Of a stretch of DNA of 64,000 bases, positions 56,594 through 64,000 are shown piece by piece. Position numbers and translations under genes: made by a program. The notes beneath the pieces were generated by a model, which was not told where the DNA came from, searched no databases, and saw only the letters and a list, made by a program, of their open reading frames with translations. Numbering within the stretch: position 1 is the stretch's first letter; each line of letters opens with the position of its first letter. This stretch comes from a virus, in the IMG/VR virus record IMGVR_UViG_3300009157_000003, positions 6,776 to 70,775 of that record; one strand, 5' to 3'.

Positions 56594-57010
56594 CTAGGGA
56601 GATCCGGTCCGCATCTCCCGGGCCAGTCGATGCGCCCGGGTGCCGACGTCGGCCGCCCACTTCGAATCGAGCATCTCGGCGGCGGCCTGATCATAGTCGC
56701 CCCGGTCGAGGGCGGCAATCAGCTTGACAAACGGGCGGAAGCGCGACGCCCCGAGATTGAACAGCATGTTCACGACGACCGCTTGGCGGACCGGGTGGAG
56801 GGTGTCGAACCACGGGAAGCGCCGCGCGTCGGTGATCGCGCCGATGAGATCGTGCTGGAAGAGGAACTCGGCTTCGACGACGGAGATCCCCCGGTCGGTC
56901 AGGTTGCGCCCGCGCCCGATGGTGATCTTCCCGACGGAGTCCACGTAGGGCTTCAGACGGAGTCCTTCATCCCGATCGAGATCCGCCGACAGCCGCGAGA
57001 GATCCATCAT
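56594..57010 (-). CDS. Endolysin, GH24 (T4-like) lysozyme
   Basis: DEGLRLKPYVDSVGKITIGRGRNL (E-X8-D-X5-T), NMLFNLG, AAEMLDSKWA..RA.RL. Confidence 0.95.
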   Translation of the reverse strand: MMDLSRLSADLDRDEGLRLKPYVDSVGKITIGRGRNLTDRGISVVEAEFLFQHDLIGAITDARRFPWFDTLHPVRQAVVVNMLFNLGASRFRPFVKLIAALDRGDYDQAAAEMLDSKWAADVGTRAHRLAREMRTGSP

Positions 57011-57378
57011 GCGCGCGGCGTCGGGTCCGTCGGCGACGGCGCCTGCGCGAGGACATCCGTGCGGCGATTGGCTTCCTCGACCCCGGCGAGACGGCCTTCG
57101 GCGTGCGCGGCGCCGGACGCGGTCTGGATCCACTGTTCGAGCCGGGAGTTGACCGAGAGATGCGTCTCCTGCGACTTCCGGAGCGCGAGGACCGAGGCGA
57201 TCGACGTCGTCACGCCGGTCATGATCACGGCGATGAGGACGGCGTTGTCCTGCTCGGGGCGGAAGACGACCACCGCGACGAGCGCGATGAGTCCGGCGAT
57301 GAAGAGCGAGACGACGGCGACGAGGTAGGGCGTGAGGGAATTCGTCGATGTCGTCGGGAGAGGCAACGGCGGCGGCAT
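57007..57378 (-). CDS. Holin-like 2-TM protein
   Basis: AGGAG SD; two TM helices then VNSRL; coupled to the lysozyme. Confidence 0.65.
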   Translation of the reverse strand: MPPPLPLPTTSTNSLTPYLVAVVSLFIAGLIALVAVVVFRPEQDNAVLIAVIMTGVTTSIASVLALRKSQETHLSVNSRLEQWIQTASGAAHAEGRLAGVEEANRRTDVLAQAPSPTDPTPRA

Positions 57379-57457
57379 CGACGGCTCCTGATCGGTGGAC
57401 CGGAGTGTATCACCAGGAGACCCCCGGCCGCGCCGTGGATCTCCTGGGGCGACGATC

Positions 57458-57700
57458 TTAGCGACGACGCGACTGGGCGGGCGGATCGACCGGCGGCGCG
57501 CCGGGCGTGTTGGCGACGACGGCGGCCGCGAGCGCATCACTCTGGGTGCGGACGCGATCGACGATCGCCTGGATCGCCGCGGGGTTGCCCTTGTTCGCTT
57601 CGACTTCATCGAACAGGGTCTTCAGCAGCGTGGCGGCGGAGCCGTTGACGGTTTCGTCGCGGGCGACTTCAGCTTCGAGGGCGGTCAGATCGAGCGGCAT
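57458..57700 (-). CDS. Small coiled-coil protein
   Basis: GAGGAG SD; L.AEV....TV..SA..LL...DALAAAVVANTP. Confidence 0.7.
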   Translation of the reverse strand: MPLDLTALEAEVARDETVNGSAATLLKTLFDEVEANKGNPAAIQAIVDRVRTQSDALAAAVVANTPGAPPVDPPAQSRRR

Positions 57701-57731
57701 GGGATTCTCCTCTGGGTTGGGGTGGCGAAGA

Positions 57732-57971
57732 CTACGCGGTCGGCGCGGGCGTGGCGGCGACGGCCGCCGCGAGCGCATCGTTTTGACGCTTCAACTGGGC
57801 AGTGAGCGCGTCAATGCGGGCTTGCGTCACGACGTCGTCGCCGGGCGGCGGCGTCGGGGTCGGGAGATGGAGATGCAGATGAATGGCCTCGACGGACACG
57901 ATCACGTGCGTCGGCGGGGTGTGCGTCGGCCAATCGGGACGGGGCGGTCGGGAGCGATCGGCGTCGGACAT
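57732..57971 (-). CDS. Small protein, C-terminal paralogue of the next gene
   Basis: IHLHLH motif; NDALAAAVAATP. Confidence 0.55.
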   Translation of the reverse strand: MSDADRSRPPRPDWPTHTPPTHVIVSVEAIHLHLHLPTPTPPPGDDVVTQARIDALTAQLKRQNDALAAAVAATPAPTA

Positions 57972-58094
57972 AGGATCTCTCAGGGTAGCCCCCGGGAGGG
58001 TGCACACGCTGTGCCATTCGGGATAGCGCCGCCCCCGCCCACCCATGCCCGGGGCAGGCACGAGGTCCCAGCGGCGACGGGCAGCGGCGCGCCT

Positions 58095-58874
58095 TTATTC
58101 TGTATCGAAGTCGTCCGCGGTGGGACCGTCGGAGACGTCGGCGACGACGCCCTCGACGACGGGGCCGCGCCGGGCGTGCAGGATCGCATCGACCCCGCGG
58201 AGGATCTTGCCCATGCCGCCCGGGCCGGTGTCGTTCACATTCACCGAGCGGTTATCGACGACGACGGCCGGGCCGGTCTTGGGCTGGAGCGGCGTGAGGG
58301 AGAGCGCGAGCTTCTGCTGATCGACCGACGGCTTGTATTCGAGCGTGCCGGTGGCGAGGCAGGTCTCACACGGGACTTGGAGGTCCTGCCAGGGGCCGGT
58401 CGGCTCGTCCCCGTCGTCGTCGAGGCGGCGCCGTTCGCGCTTGGTCACGGTGGTGGTGCCGCGACAGGCGGTGCACGTGTCGATGTACGGGGCACCGCGG
58501 CGCATCACGTCGTCCACGACCGCGGGGAGGCGATCGGCGATCGTGCGGATCGCCTGCACCACGGGCACGGCGAACACCCCGTGCTTGAACGCCTGGATCA
58601 ATTCGCCCAGGGGGATGCCACTCTGCTTGCAGATATCCGAGAGCTTCCGGGCGTCGGCCTCGGGATCCGCCAGCACGTTCAGCACATAACTGAGATCGTG
58701 GGTCGGCTCAATCCCCGTGAGCGCGGCGATCAGCGGTTTGCGCCCCCCGGCGGCGACCTCGAACTGATCGATCGCCGCGGCGACGTCCGCCCGGGTGTAG
58801 TGGGTGAGCGGTTTAGCCTCGCCCGCCCGCTGAAGCGCCGCAGGCACCGGGGAGCGGCGCGGGTTTACGGCCAC
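58095..58874 (-). CDS. Putative terminase small subunit-like protein with DnaJ-type zinc finger
   Basis: GGAGG SD; HTH-like LSDICKQSGIPL, CTACRG/CETCLATG, VVVDNRSVNV beta tail; function inferred. Confidence 0.45.
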   Translation of the reverse strand: MAVNPRRSPVPAALQRAGEAKPLTHYTRADVAAAIDQFEVAAGGRKPLIAALTGIEPTHDLSYVLNVLADPEADARKLSDICKQSGIPLGELIQAFKHGVFAVPVVQAIRTIADRLPAVVDDVMRRGAPYIDTCTACRGTTTVTKRERRRLDDDGDEPTGPWQDLQVPCETCLATGTLEYKPSVDQQKLALSLTPLQPKTGPAVVVDNRSVNVNDTGPGGMGKILRGVDAILHARRGPVVEGVVADVSDGPTADDFDTE

Positions 58875-59209
58875 CGGTCCTCCCGATGCGTTGCGCGTCC
58901 TCGCGACTCAGGGGTCGGCGCGGGGACGGCGACTTCCTCGCCATCGAGGTCGGCGACGACTTCCTCGGCGGTGGGATCGCGTCCGAGGATGCGACGGAGT
59001 CGAGCTTCGACGGCATAGGCACGTTCCATCTCCCCCGGGGAGGATCGCACGACCTCGACCGGCGCGTCAACGACGGGGGGTGACTGACGGGGGCGCGGGT
59101 AGCCTTCGGCGGCGTCGGCGATGCGATCGAGCGCATCGGCCCCCCGCTTGACCTCGCGGTGAATGCGGCGGAGGGCCAGCGCCGCAGGCGTCCAGGTGAA
59201 CCACTTCAT
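58865..59209 (-). CDS. Hypothetical protein (LGRDPT.EE motif)
   Basis: ATGA coupling. Confidence 0.55.
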   Translation of the reverse strand: MKWFTWTPAALALRRIHREVKRGADALDRIADAAEGYPRPRQSPPVVDAPVEVVRSSPGEMERAYAVEARLRRILGRDPTAEEVVADLDGEEVAVPAPTPESRGRATHREDRWP

Positions 59210-59403
59210 CGGCGGCGCAGGCTGGAGAAGAGCGTGCCGTTCGACCGGAACATCTCGACGAGCCCCGGCATGTAGATCCGCGTCAGGACCTCGTTGACCT
59301 CGGCCAGCCGCACCGGCGTGATGAGCCCCGCCGCGAGTGCCGCGAGGTAGGCCCGGCGCCGATGACGCTGCCGACGACGTTTGAGCGTGCGGGTCGAGCC
59401 CAT
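59206..59403 (-). CDS. Arg-rich peptide with similarity to the major capsid N-terminus (start 59403 or 59499)
   Basis: 15/35 ungapped identities to MCP residues IQLDEV..YLKAR; coupled to the downstream gene. Confidence 0.6.
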   Translation of the reverse strand: MGSTRTLKRRRQRHRRRAYLAALAAGLITPVRLAEVNEVLTRIYMPGLVEMFRSNGTLFSSLRRR

Positions 59404-59485
59404 GTGGAAGAGAACCGGTGGCTGGCCCGCGCGCCTTTCAGCGTGGGGCGGGGCAGGCGTCCCCGCCTTTGCAGCCGACCGGAGA

Positions 59486-59698
59486 TCACACTTTAGCACG
59501 GCCTAGCGGGTCGATCATCGTCGGCCGGTCGCTGATCACCCGGCAGATGATCGACGGCTCGCCGACCACCGGGTCATAGCCGATCACCCCATGCTCCTCG
59601 CCCGGGTGGATGTCACGATCACAGAGGTCGCAACGGGGGAGGACCGGCACCTTGGGCGGCGGATCGGGACGACCGAGGCGGGGGGCGAGCGGGGTCAT
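59486..59698 (-). CDS. Small Cys-containing hypothetical protein
   Basis: ATGA coupling; CDLC. Confidence 0.5.
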   Translation of the reverse strand: MTPLAPRLGRPDPPPKVPVLPRCDLCDRDIHPGEEHGVIGYDPVVGEPSIICRVISDRPTMIDPLGRAKV

Positions 59699-60192
59699 GC
59701 GCGGGCATCCCGCTTGTCGTCCTCGGTGGGCGTGAACGGGTCCGGTGCCCCCTCGATCACCGGCTGGGGTCGCGGCCGCTCCTCCTGTGGGGCGGGCGCG
59801 GCGGCGCCCTCGCGGAGACGCTGCCATAGTTCTGGAATCTTCGACCAGTCGATCCCATCAGGCGAGTCTCGGTAGCCGCGAATGATGAGTGTGTCGTAAA
59901 TCGCCATCTTAAGCTGCGCCAGCGTGAGCGTCAGGGCGGGCGCGGGCGAACGATGCCACCCCGCTGGAGGCGGTGACGCGGGATCGTCCTTCGGCATGTA
60001 CCCTTCGACCAACGGCTTCAGCCTCTCCTCCTCCGCGGGGGCCGCGCCCGATGGGAGCAGCAGCAGCGAGTCGAGCGCCTGCCACACGAGGAAGCGTGCG
60101 ACGTCCCACTGCTTCAGCGATACCGCCTGCGCGACATTGCTCAGAACGTCAACCGTAAGGTGCTGCGCCAGCGTCGCGCGGGTGGAGATCAT
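59695..60192 (-). CDS. Hypothetical protein
   Basis: GGAGG SD. Confidence 0.6.
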   Translation of the reverse strand: MISTRATLAQHLTVDVLSNVAQAVSLKQWDVARFLVWQALDSLLLLPSGAAPAEEERLKPLVEGYMPKDDPASPPPAGWHRSPAPALTLTLAQLKMAIYDTLIIRGYRDSPDGIDWSKIPELWQRLREGAAAPAPQEERPRPQPVIEGAPDPFTPTEDDKRDARA

Positions 60193-60283
60193 CGGGGCCT
60201 CCGAATGAGGTTGAATAACGACAACACCATCAACGTGACTCCGGCACCATGAAGGAGTCCGGCGATGTACGCTTGCCCCGAGG

Positions 60284-60565
60284 TCACGCCCGATCCCCCG
60301 TGCGACTCCGTCCCTGTGACGGCCGGGCGATCCCCGCGCGCGGCGCAGCCTCTCGGCGTCGCAGACTTACTACGACGTCATAGCCCAGCGCGTCGGCGAC
60401 CTTCACCGCGACTTTCAAGGAGGCTTCCCCCTGGCGGAGCCGCTTCAGTTCGTGCGGATGAAAGAGATCCACCATCGGATCACTCTGCGCGTAGAACATC
60501 TCCGTGAGTTGATGGCCCAGATCACGAATGAGTGATTGGGCGTGCGCTGTCGGATGCGTGATCAC
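60284..60565 (-). CDS. Putative HTH (Xre-like) regulator
   Basis: L.RL.QG.ASL...VKVADALG motif; GTG 8 nt after TAGACT. Confidence 0.5.
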   Translation of the reverse strand: MITHPTAHAQSLIRDLGHQLTEMFYAQSDPMVDLFHPHELKRLRQGEASLKVAVKVADALGYDVVVSLRRREAAPRAGIARPSQGRSRTGDRA

Positions 60566-60747
60566 GGACCGATAGTCTACACCATGCGGCGACCGACAGA
60601 AAAAATTGTGAAAAGTTGGCTGAGGTCGGGCCGCGGCCGCGCGCCGGGGGGGCGCAGCCTTCGGACAATTCTGTCATTACGGTTGTGTGATCGGATTATC
60701 GGGGCGGGACGACGGGCGGATGATGGCCCGTCGTCCCTGGATGCACG

Positions 60748-60954
60748 CTATCGGCCCGTCCGCGGACCGGCATCGTCGTAGTCTGGCGAATAGCCTACGC
60801 AGCGTCTCGCATGGCGTACCATGTCCGTTTCGTACGCAGGCTTGCCGACACGGTACCCACAGTCCGGGCAGTCCCCCGTCTTACCGATCCCGACGTACCG
60901 CCGAGACTGATCAGCCGGTAGCATCAATTCCCGCGCGCGTTGTACTAGGTCCAT
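60748..60954 (-). CDS. Small zinc-binding protein
   Basis: CPDCG..H...C; GAGGA SD. Confidence 0.5.
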   Translation of the reverse strand: MDLVQRARELMLPADQSRRYVGIGKTGDCPDCGYRVGKPAYETDMVRHARRCVGYSPDYDDAGPRTGR

Positions 60955-60992
60955 ACGATAATCCTCATGTGCTGTCCCCTCTCCATGCGGTC

Positions 60993-61032
60993 AGTATGCG
61001 ACACACTAGTATCGGTTGTCAACGTGACAACC
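60993..61032 (-). promoter_or_regulatory. Sigma70-type promoter with overlapping operator
   Basis: TTGACA-18-CATACT; inverted repeat GGTTGTCA-acg-TGACAACC over the -35 box. Confidence 0.65.
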
Positions 61033-61103
61033 ATACCTAGCCAGCTTATCGGCCGTTTACGCGCAAGGTTTACCCAGGGACGGCGCGCCGGGGTCTCTCG
61101 CCC

Positions 61104-61140
61104 GACTTACGTAGTCCGTAAGTCCTTACGCTTTTCGTAA
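61104..61140. promoter_or_regulatory. Tandem palindromic sites TTACG-N5-CGTAA x2
   Basis: 61107-61121 and 61126-61140; the first extends to GACTTACG/CGTAAGTC. Confidence 0.55.
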
Positions 61141-61294
61141 ATCTCCACACCCTAGGATGGCCGTCCCATCGAGCCGGGAATACGCGCGCGTGGCTAGCAG
61201 TAGAGGCTGACGCGCGCACCTGGACGCCCGTACAGACCGCGGGCCGGGTCCCTGGACGTAAGACCCGGCCCGTGTCGGCGACGCGCGCGTCAGG

Positions 61295-62083
61295 CTATTC
61301 GAGGTCTCCGGCCACGTCGATCACGTCGTCCCCGGCATCCTGGCCGGCCGCCATGCCGAACAGACGACCGAGCGAGACCGCGGCGCCGAACCGGCGGACG
61401 GGCGTCAGGTCTCGCATCGCGCGCGTGAAGGCGTTATGCAGGCCCCAGAGCGTCCGCGGTTCGCACTCCGGCGCTTGGTACTTGACCGGGTCGAAGTAGA
61501 ACCGATCGACGTCATCGAAGAGTCGCGACGGGATGACCTCGGCGCGCAGGGCATCGTAGACGATCGTCTTGGCGGTCTGGTCGTCCACGACGGTGGCCGA
61601 CAGACGGTTGATCTCGACATCGAGCGTCTCACCCTGGACGACGAACCGATCGAAGCCCACGACCAGCGCGGCGCCCAGGTCGAGACCCGTCGTGTTTTTC
61701 CGGTTGATCGCGAACGTCGATCCTGAGAGGGCAAGGTTATCGCAGACGAAGACCGTGGTCCCCGCAACCCCACGAATGCCGAGACTCATGTCCGTCGAGT
61801 TCCGGAAGCCGAACGAGATCCCCCGCTCCGTCGTCGTCCGATCCGAGCGCAGGTCCATCACGCCAAACAGCGCGTGTCCCTTGGCGCTGAGGGCGAACGT
61901 CTCGCGTTCGATGCCGTAGCCACGACGGGCGATTTCCTCGCGGATCCCGTCGATCAGGGTGACGTGGGGCACCGGCTTGTGATGCGGGCCCATCGGTGCC
62001 GGGATCGGCAGCGAGGCGAGGACATCGTACGGCGTGAGCTTCGCGGCGAATTTGGGATTGTGCAATGCGAGGGTTCCGGCCAT
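61295..62083 (-). CDS. DUF932-family protein
   Basis: H.PVPH, FRNS.D.S, VCDNL, TLWGLHNAFT motifs; AGGAGA SD. Confidence 0.85.
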   Translation of the reverse strand: MAGTLALHNPKFAAKLTPYDVLASLPIPAPMGPHHKPVPHVTLIDGIREEIARRGYGIERETFALSAKGHALFGVMDLRSDRTTTERGISFGFRNSTDMSLGIRGVAGTTVFVCDNLALSGSTFAINRKNTTGLDLGAALVVGFDRFVVQGETLDVEINRLSATVVDDQTAKTIVYDALRAEVIPSRLFDDVDRFYFDPVKYQAPECEPRTLWGLHNAFTRAMRDLTPVRRFGAAVSLGRLFGMAAGQDAGDDVIDVAGDLE

Positions 62084-62134
62084 GTGGGTCTCTCCTGGTA
62101 TCGCCGTCGCGCCTAGTCGAGACAGCGTATCCCT

Positions 62135-62165
62135 AGTTTAGCACGACCCGATGACAGTCTGTCAA
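62135..62165 (-). promoter_or_regulatory. Leftward sigma70 promoter
   Basis: TTGACA-19-TAAACT with extended TG; palindrome TGACAGtCTGTCA at 62152-62164. Confidence 0.65.
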
Positions 62166-62182
62166 GTAAGGCAGATAGGACC

Positions 62183-62212
62183 TTGACAAGCGTAGCCTGA
62201 CGATGCTAATCT
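62183..62212 (+). promoter_or_regulatory. Rightward sigma70 promoter (leaderless)
   Basis: TTGACA-18-TAATCT with extended TG; ATG 7 nt downstream. Confidence 0.75.
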
Positions 62213-62219
62213 GTGATCG

Positions 62220-62420
62220 ATGAAATCACGTGGGGTCGTCGGCAAGCGTATCGTCAAGGTCCTGCAAACCTATCGACCCGCGGCATACGGGCGCGGGGGC
62301 GAATGGGAACTCCGTGGAATCGTCTTGCAGGATGGGTCGGTCATTCGGTTTATCGCGGTCGAAACCGAGGATACGCCCGCGGTCGTGGGGATTTACCCCG
62401 GACGGAAGGAAGGGGAATAG
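62220..62420 (+). CDS. Small early protein
   Basis: Leaderless ATG; GKRIVKV..I.L.DG motif. Confidence 0.65.
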   Translation: MKSRGVVGKRIVKVLQTYRPAAYGRGGEWELRGIVLQDGSVIRFIAVETEDTPAVVGIYPGRKEGE

Positions 62421-62424
62421 TCCT

Positions 62425-62739
62425 ATGTCCGTGTGCATTGTGTACGGCGACAGTCTCACCGATCGCCGGCCGGGGTCCCTGATTACGCCCGACGCGATCG
62501 GCTGGCGCCGGGAAGCCGCGTACTACCTCACCCTGCCGGACCGCGTCCTAATCCGGGCCACGTGCGCGATCGCGTGCGTCCGCTGCAAGGGCAAGGGGCA
62601 GGTCCGGCGCAAGCTGAAAGGCCGGAGGAAACCGGCGCCGTGGATGACGTACACCGAGTGTACGTACTGCGCTGGGTACGGGTACATCGGTGAGACGATC
62701 CTGGATCATCGGTCGGTACGCGCAGAGGAGTACACCTAA
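62425..62739 (+). CDS. DnaJ-type zinc-finger protein
   Basis: CVRCKGKG and CTYCAGYG. Confidence 0.65.
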   Translation: MSVCIVYGDSLTDRRPGSLITPDAIGWRREAAYYLTLPDRVLIRATCAIACVRCKGKGQVRRKLKGRRKPAPWMTYTECTYCAGYGYIGETILDHRSVRAEEYT

Positions 62740-62741
62740 TC

Positions 62742-63239
62742 ATGGCGAAGCGTACACGTCAGACTGATCCCAAACCCGCGGACCCGTCGTACCGCGTAAC
62801 CTGGGTGTACGACAACGATCACACCCTCGAAGGCTGCGACGGGAAACCCCTCCCGGAGTCGCCAGCGGTGTACGCCCAGAATATCGCGCGCGTCCCGGTC
62901 GGGTACCCCGAGGTCCGCCCGTCCGCGGATACGAGTATCCCGTACCGAGACATGACGTACGAAGAGTACCTCGCGTACTACGGTGATCCGGATCGGCATG
63001 TCGTACTCGGCTGTCAGGTCGAGAAGGAATGCCCCTGTTGTGGGAAATGGGATCACGTGCAATCCCTCTGGGGGATCGATTTCATGGACGACGGAGAGGA
63101 ATGGGCCGCGGTCACGGTGGATCGGACGCTGACGCCAGACGAGGCGCTCAAGCTGCCGGGGTACCTGGCCGAGGTCGCCGGGGAGTTATTGCACGAGGCG
63201 GGGTACCAGGTGCGGAAGAAGGGGGGATCCGGACAGTGA
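62742..63239 (+). CDS. Hypothetical early protein
   Basis: GAGGAG SD; CPCCG, SLWGID. Confidence 0.7.
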   Translation: MAKRTRQTDPKPADPSYRVTWVYDNDHTLEGCDGKPLPESPAVYAQNIARVPVGYPEVRPSADTSIPYRDMTYEEYLAYYGDPDRHVVLGCQVEKECPCCGKWDHVQSLWGIDFMDDGEEWAAVTVDRTLTPDEALKLPGYLAEVAGELLHEAGYQVRKKGGSGQ

Positions 63240-63475
63240 CGACGTCGATCAACGGGAAACCGGCCACCTGGACGCCTGAGATCCTCGAAGCCTGGACGAA
63301 GGCCCTACAGGGGATTGACGACCCCGCCCCGGTGACGAGCGCGAACTACTTTACCCCGCGGCCGTACCGGAACGAGTACGACCGGGGGTCAGACGAGTAC
63401 GGATTTACCTACATCCGGAGCCAGCCGAACGGCAATAAGGAAGTCTATCAGGTCAAGTGGAGGACCCCACAATGA
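63236..63475 (+). CDS. Hypothetical early protein
   Basis: GTGA coupling. Confidence 0.55.
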   Translation: MTTSINGKPATWTPEILEAWTKALQGIDDPAPVTSANYFTPRPYRNEYDRGSDEYGFTYIRSQPNGNKEVYQVKWRTPQ

Positions 63476-63954
63476 GCGCGTTTGCGTTGAGCCGTACCCA
63501 CTTATCCCTCACCGCGGCCATCCTGGAAGACGAGGTCGATCCGCACTACCGGGTCGCCCCAGACACTGGGTACACCCTGCGTTACCCGGAGCTATTCATT
63601 CTCGTGCGGGACGCGAACGCGGGCAGCCTGGAGTACCGCTACCAGACGGATGATGGGCTACGCGCGCTCTGCGCGATCCCCAAGCCCCAAGCGACCGGGA
63701 AGCTCCTCACCCTCTCCCCCGGCGCGAAGCTCAAGATTCTGCATTGCTTCGAGTACCAGTCCTGCGAACGGGACGACTGGCCGCAGTCGCTCGTCTACAC
63801 GCTCATTCGCCGGGCGGAGGCGTCCCTGATGCGGCGCGCACCGGGGTACGAGGCTACGCCGTGGGGCATCGACGATGACGCGCCGGGGACCAAGGTCGTG
63901 GAAGTGGTGAGCTTGTCGGATTTGATCCCCAGCCGTCAGGATCTGAAACGATGA
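63472..63954 (+). CDS. Conserved phage hypothetical protein
   Basis: GGAGG SD; N..SL.YRY, K...C.EYQSCE..DW..S, PGYE..PWG motifs. Confidence 0.7.
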   Translation: MSAFALSRTHLSLTAAILEDEVDPHYRVAPDTGYTLRYPELFILVRDANAGSLEYRYQTDDGLRALCAIPKPQATGKLLTLSPGAKLKILHCFEYQSCERDDWPQSLVYTLIRRAEASLMRRAPGYEATPWGIDDDAPGTKVVEVVSLSDLIPSRQDLKR

Positions 63955-64000
63955 CCCGCGCGAAGCTCCGCGCGTTCAAGTGTCGCAACGGTGTGCATCG

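Noticed and set aside
1-64000. Integrase/att site, tRNA or rRNA genes, host chromosomal genes
   Set aside because: None recognised; lifestyle and host cannot be determined from this window

Overview
The window is most of a very high-GC (roughly 70% by eye) tailed-phage genome with a P22-like podovirus layout. The + strand (1-20.9 kb) carries replication and modification genes: a Sak4/AAA_24-like ATPase, a DUF669-like SSB, a Pif1-like helicase, three glycosyltransferases, a GNAT, a SAM methyltransferase, a nucleoside-deoxyribosyltransferase-like protein, a SLOG protein, an HNH, a Dam-like methylase, and a UDG-fused family A DNA polymerase split in two around a NADAR gene. The - strand (60.6-20.7 kb) is the late region: lysis genes, a large terminase split around a tiny YegP/DUF1508-like gene, portal, scaffold, major capsid, three adaptor/ring paralogues, fibres, hub, needle and three ejection proteins. 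A divergent sigma70-type early control region lies at 60.6-62.2 kb. The most unusual signals are: (1) export-type or hydrophobic leaders on the major capsid protein, two tail fibres and an NHL/TSP1 protein; (2) a small Arg-rich, twin-arginine-like peptide that copies the capsid N-terminal arm; (3) two essential enzymes split at domain boundaries with passenger genes between the halves; (4) a shared N-terminal L[ND]HLS motif on three early-region proteins; and (5) -10-only short-leader promoters before many late genes. No integrase, primase, tRNA or CRISPR array was seen. All family assignments come from motif recognition by eye; no database searches were run.
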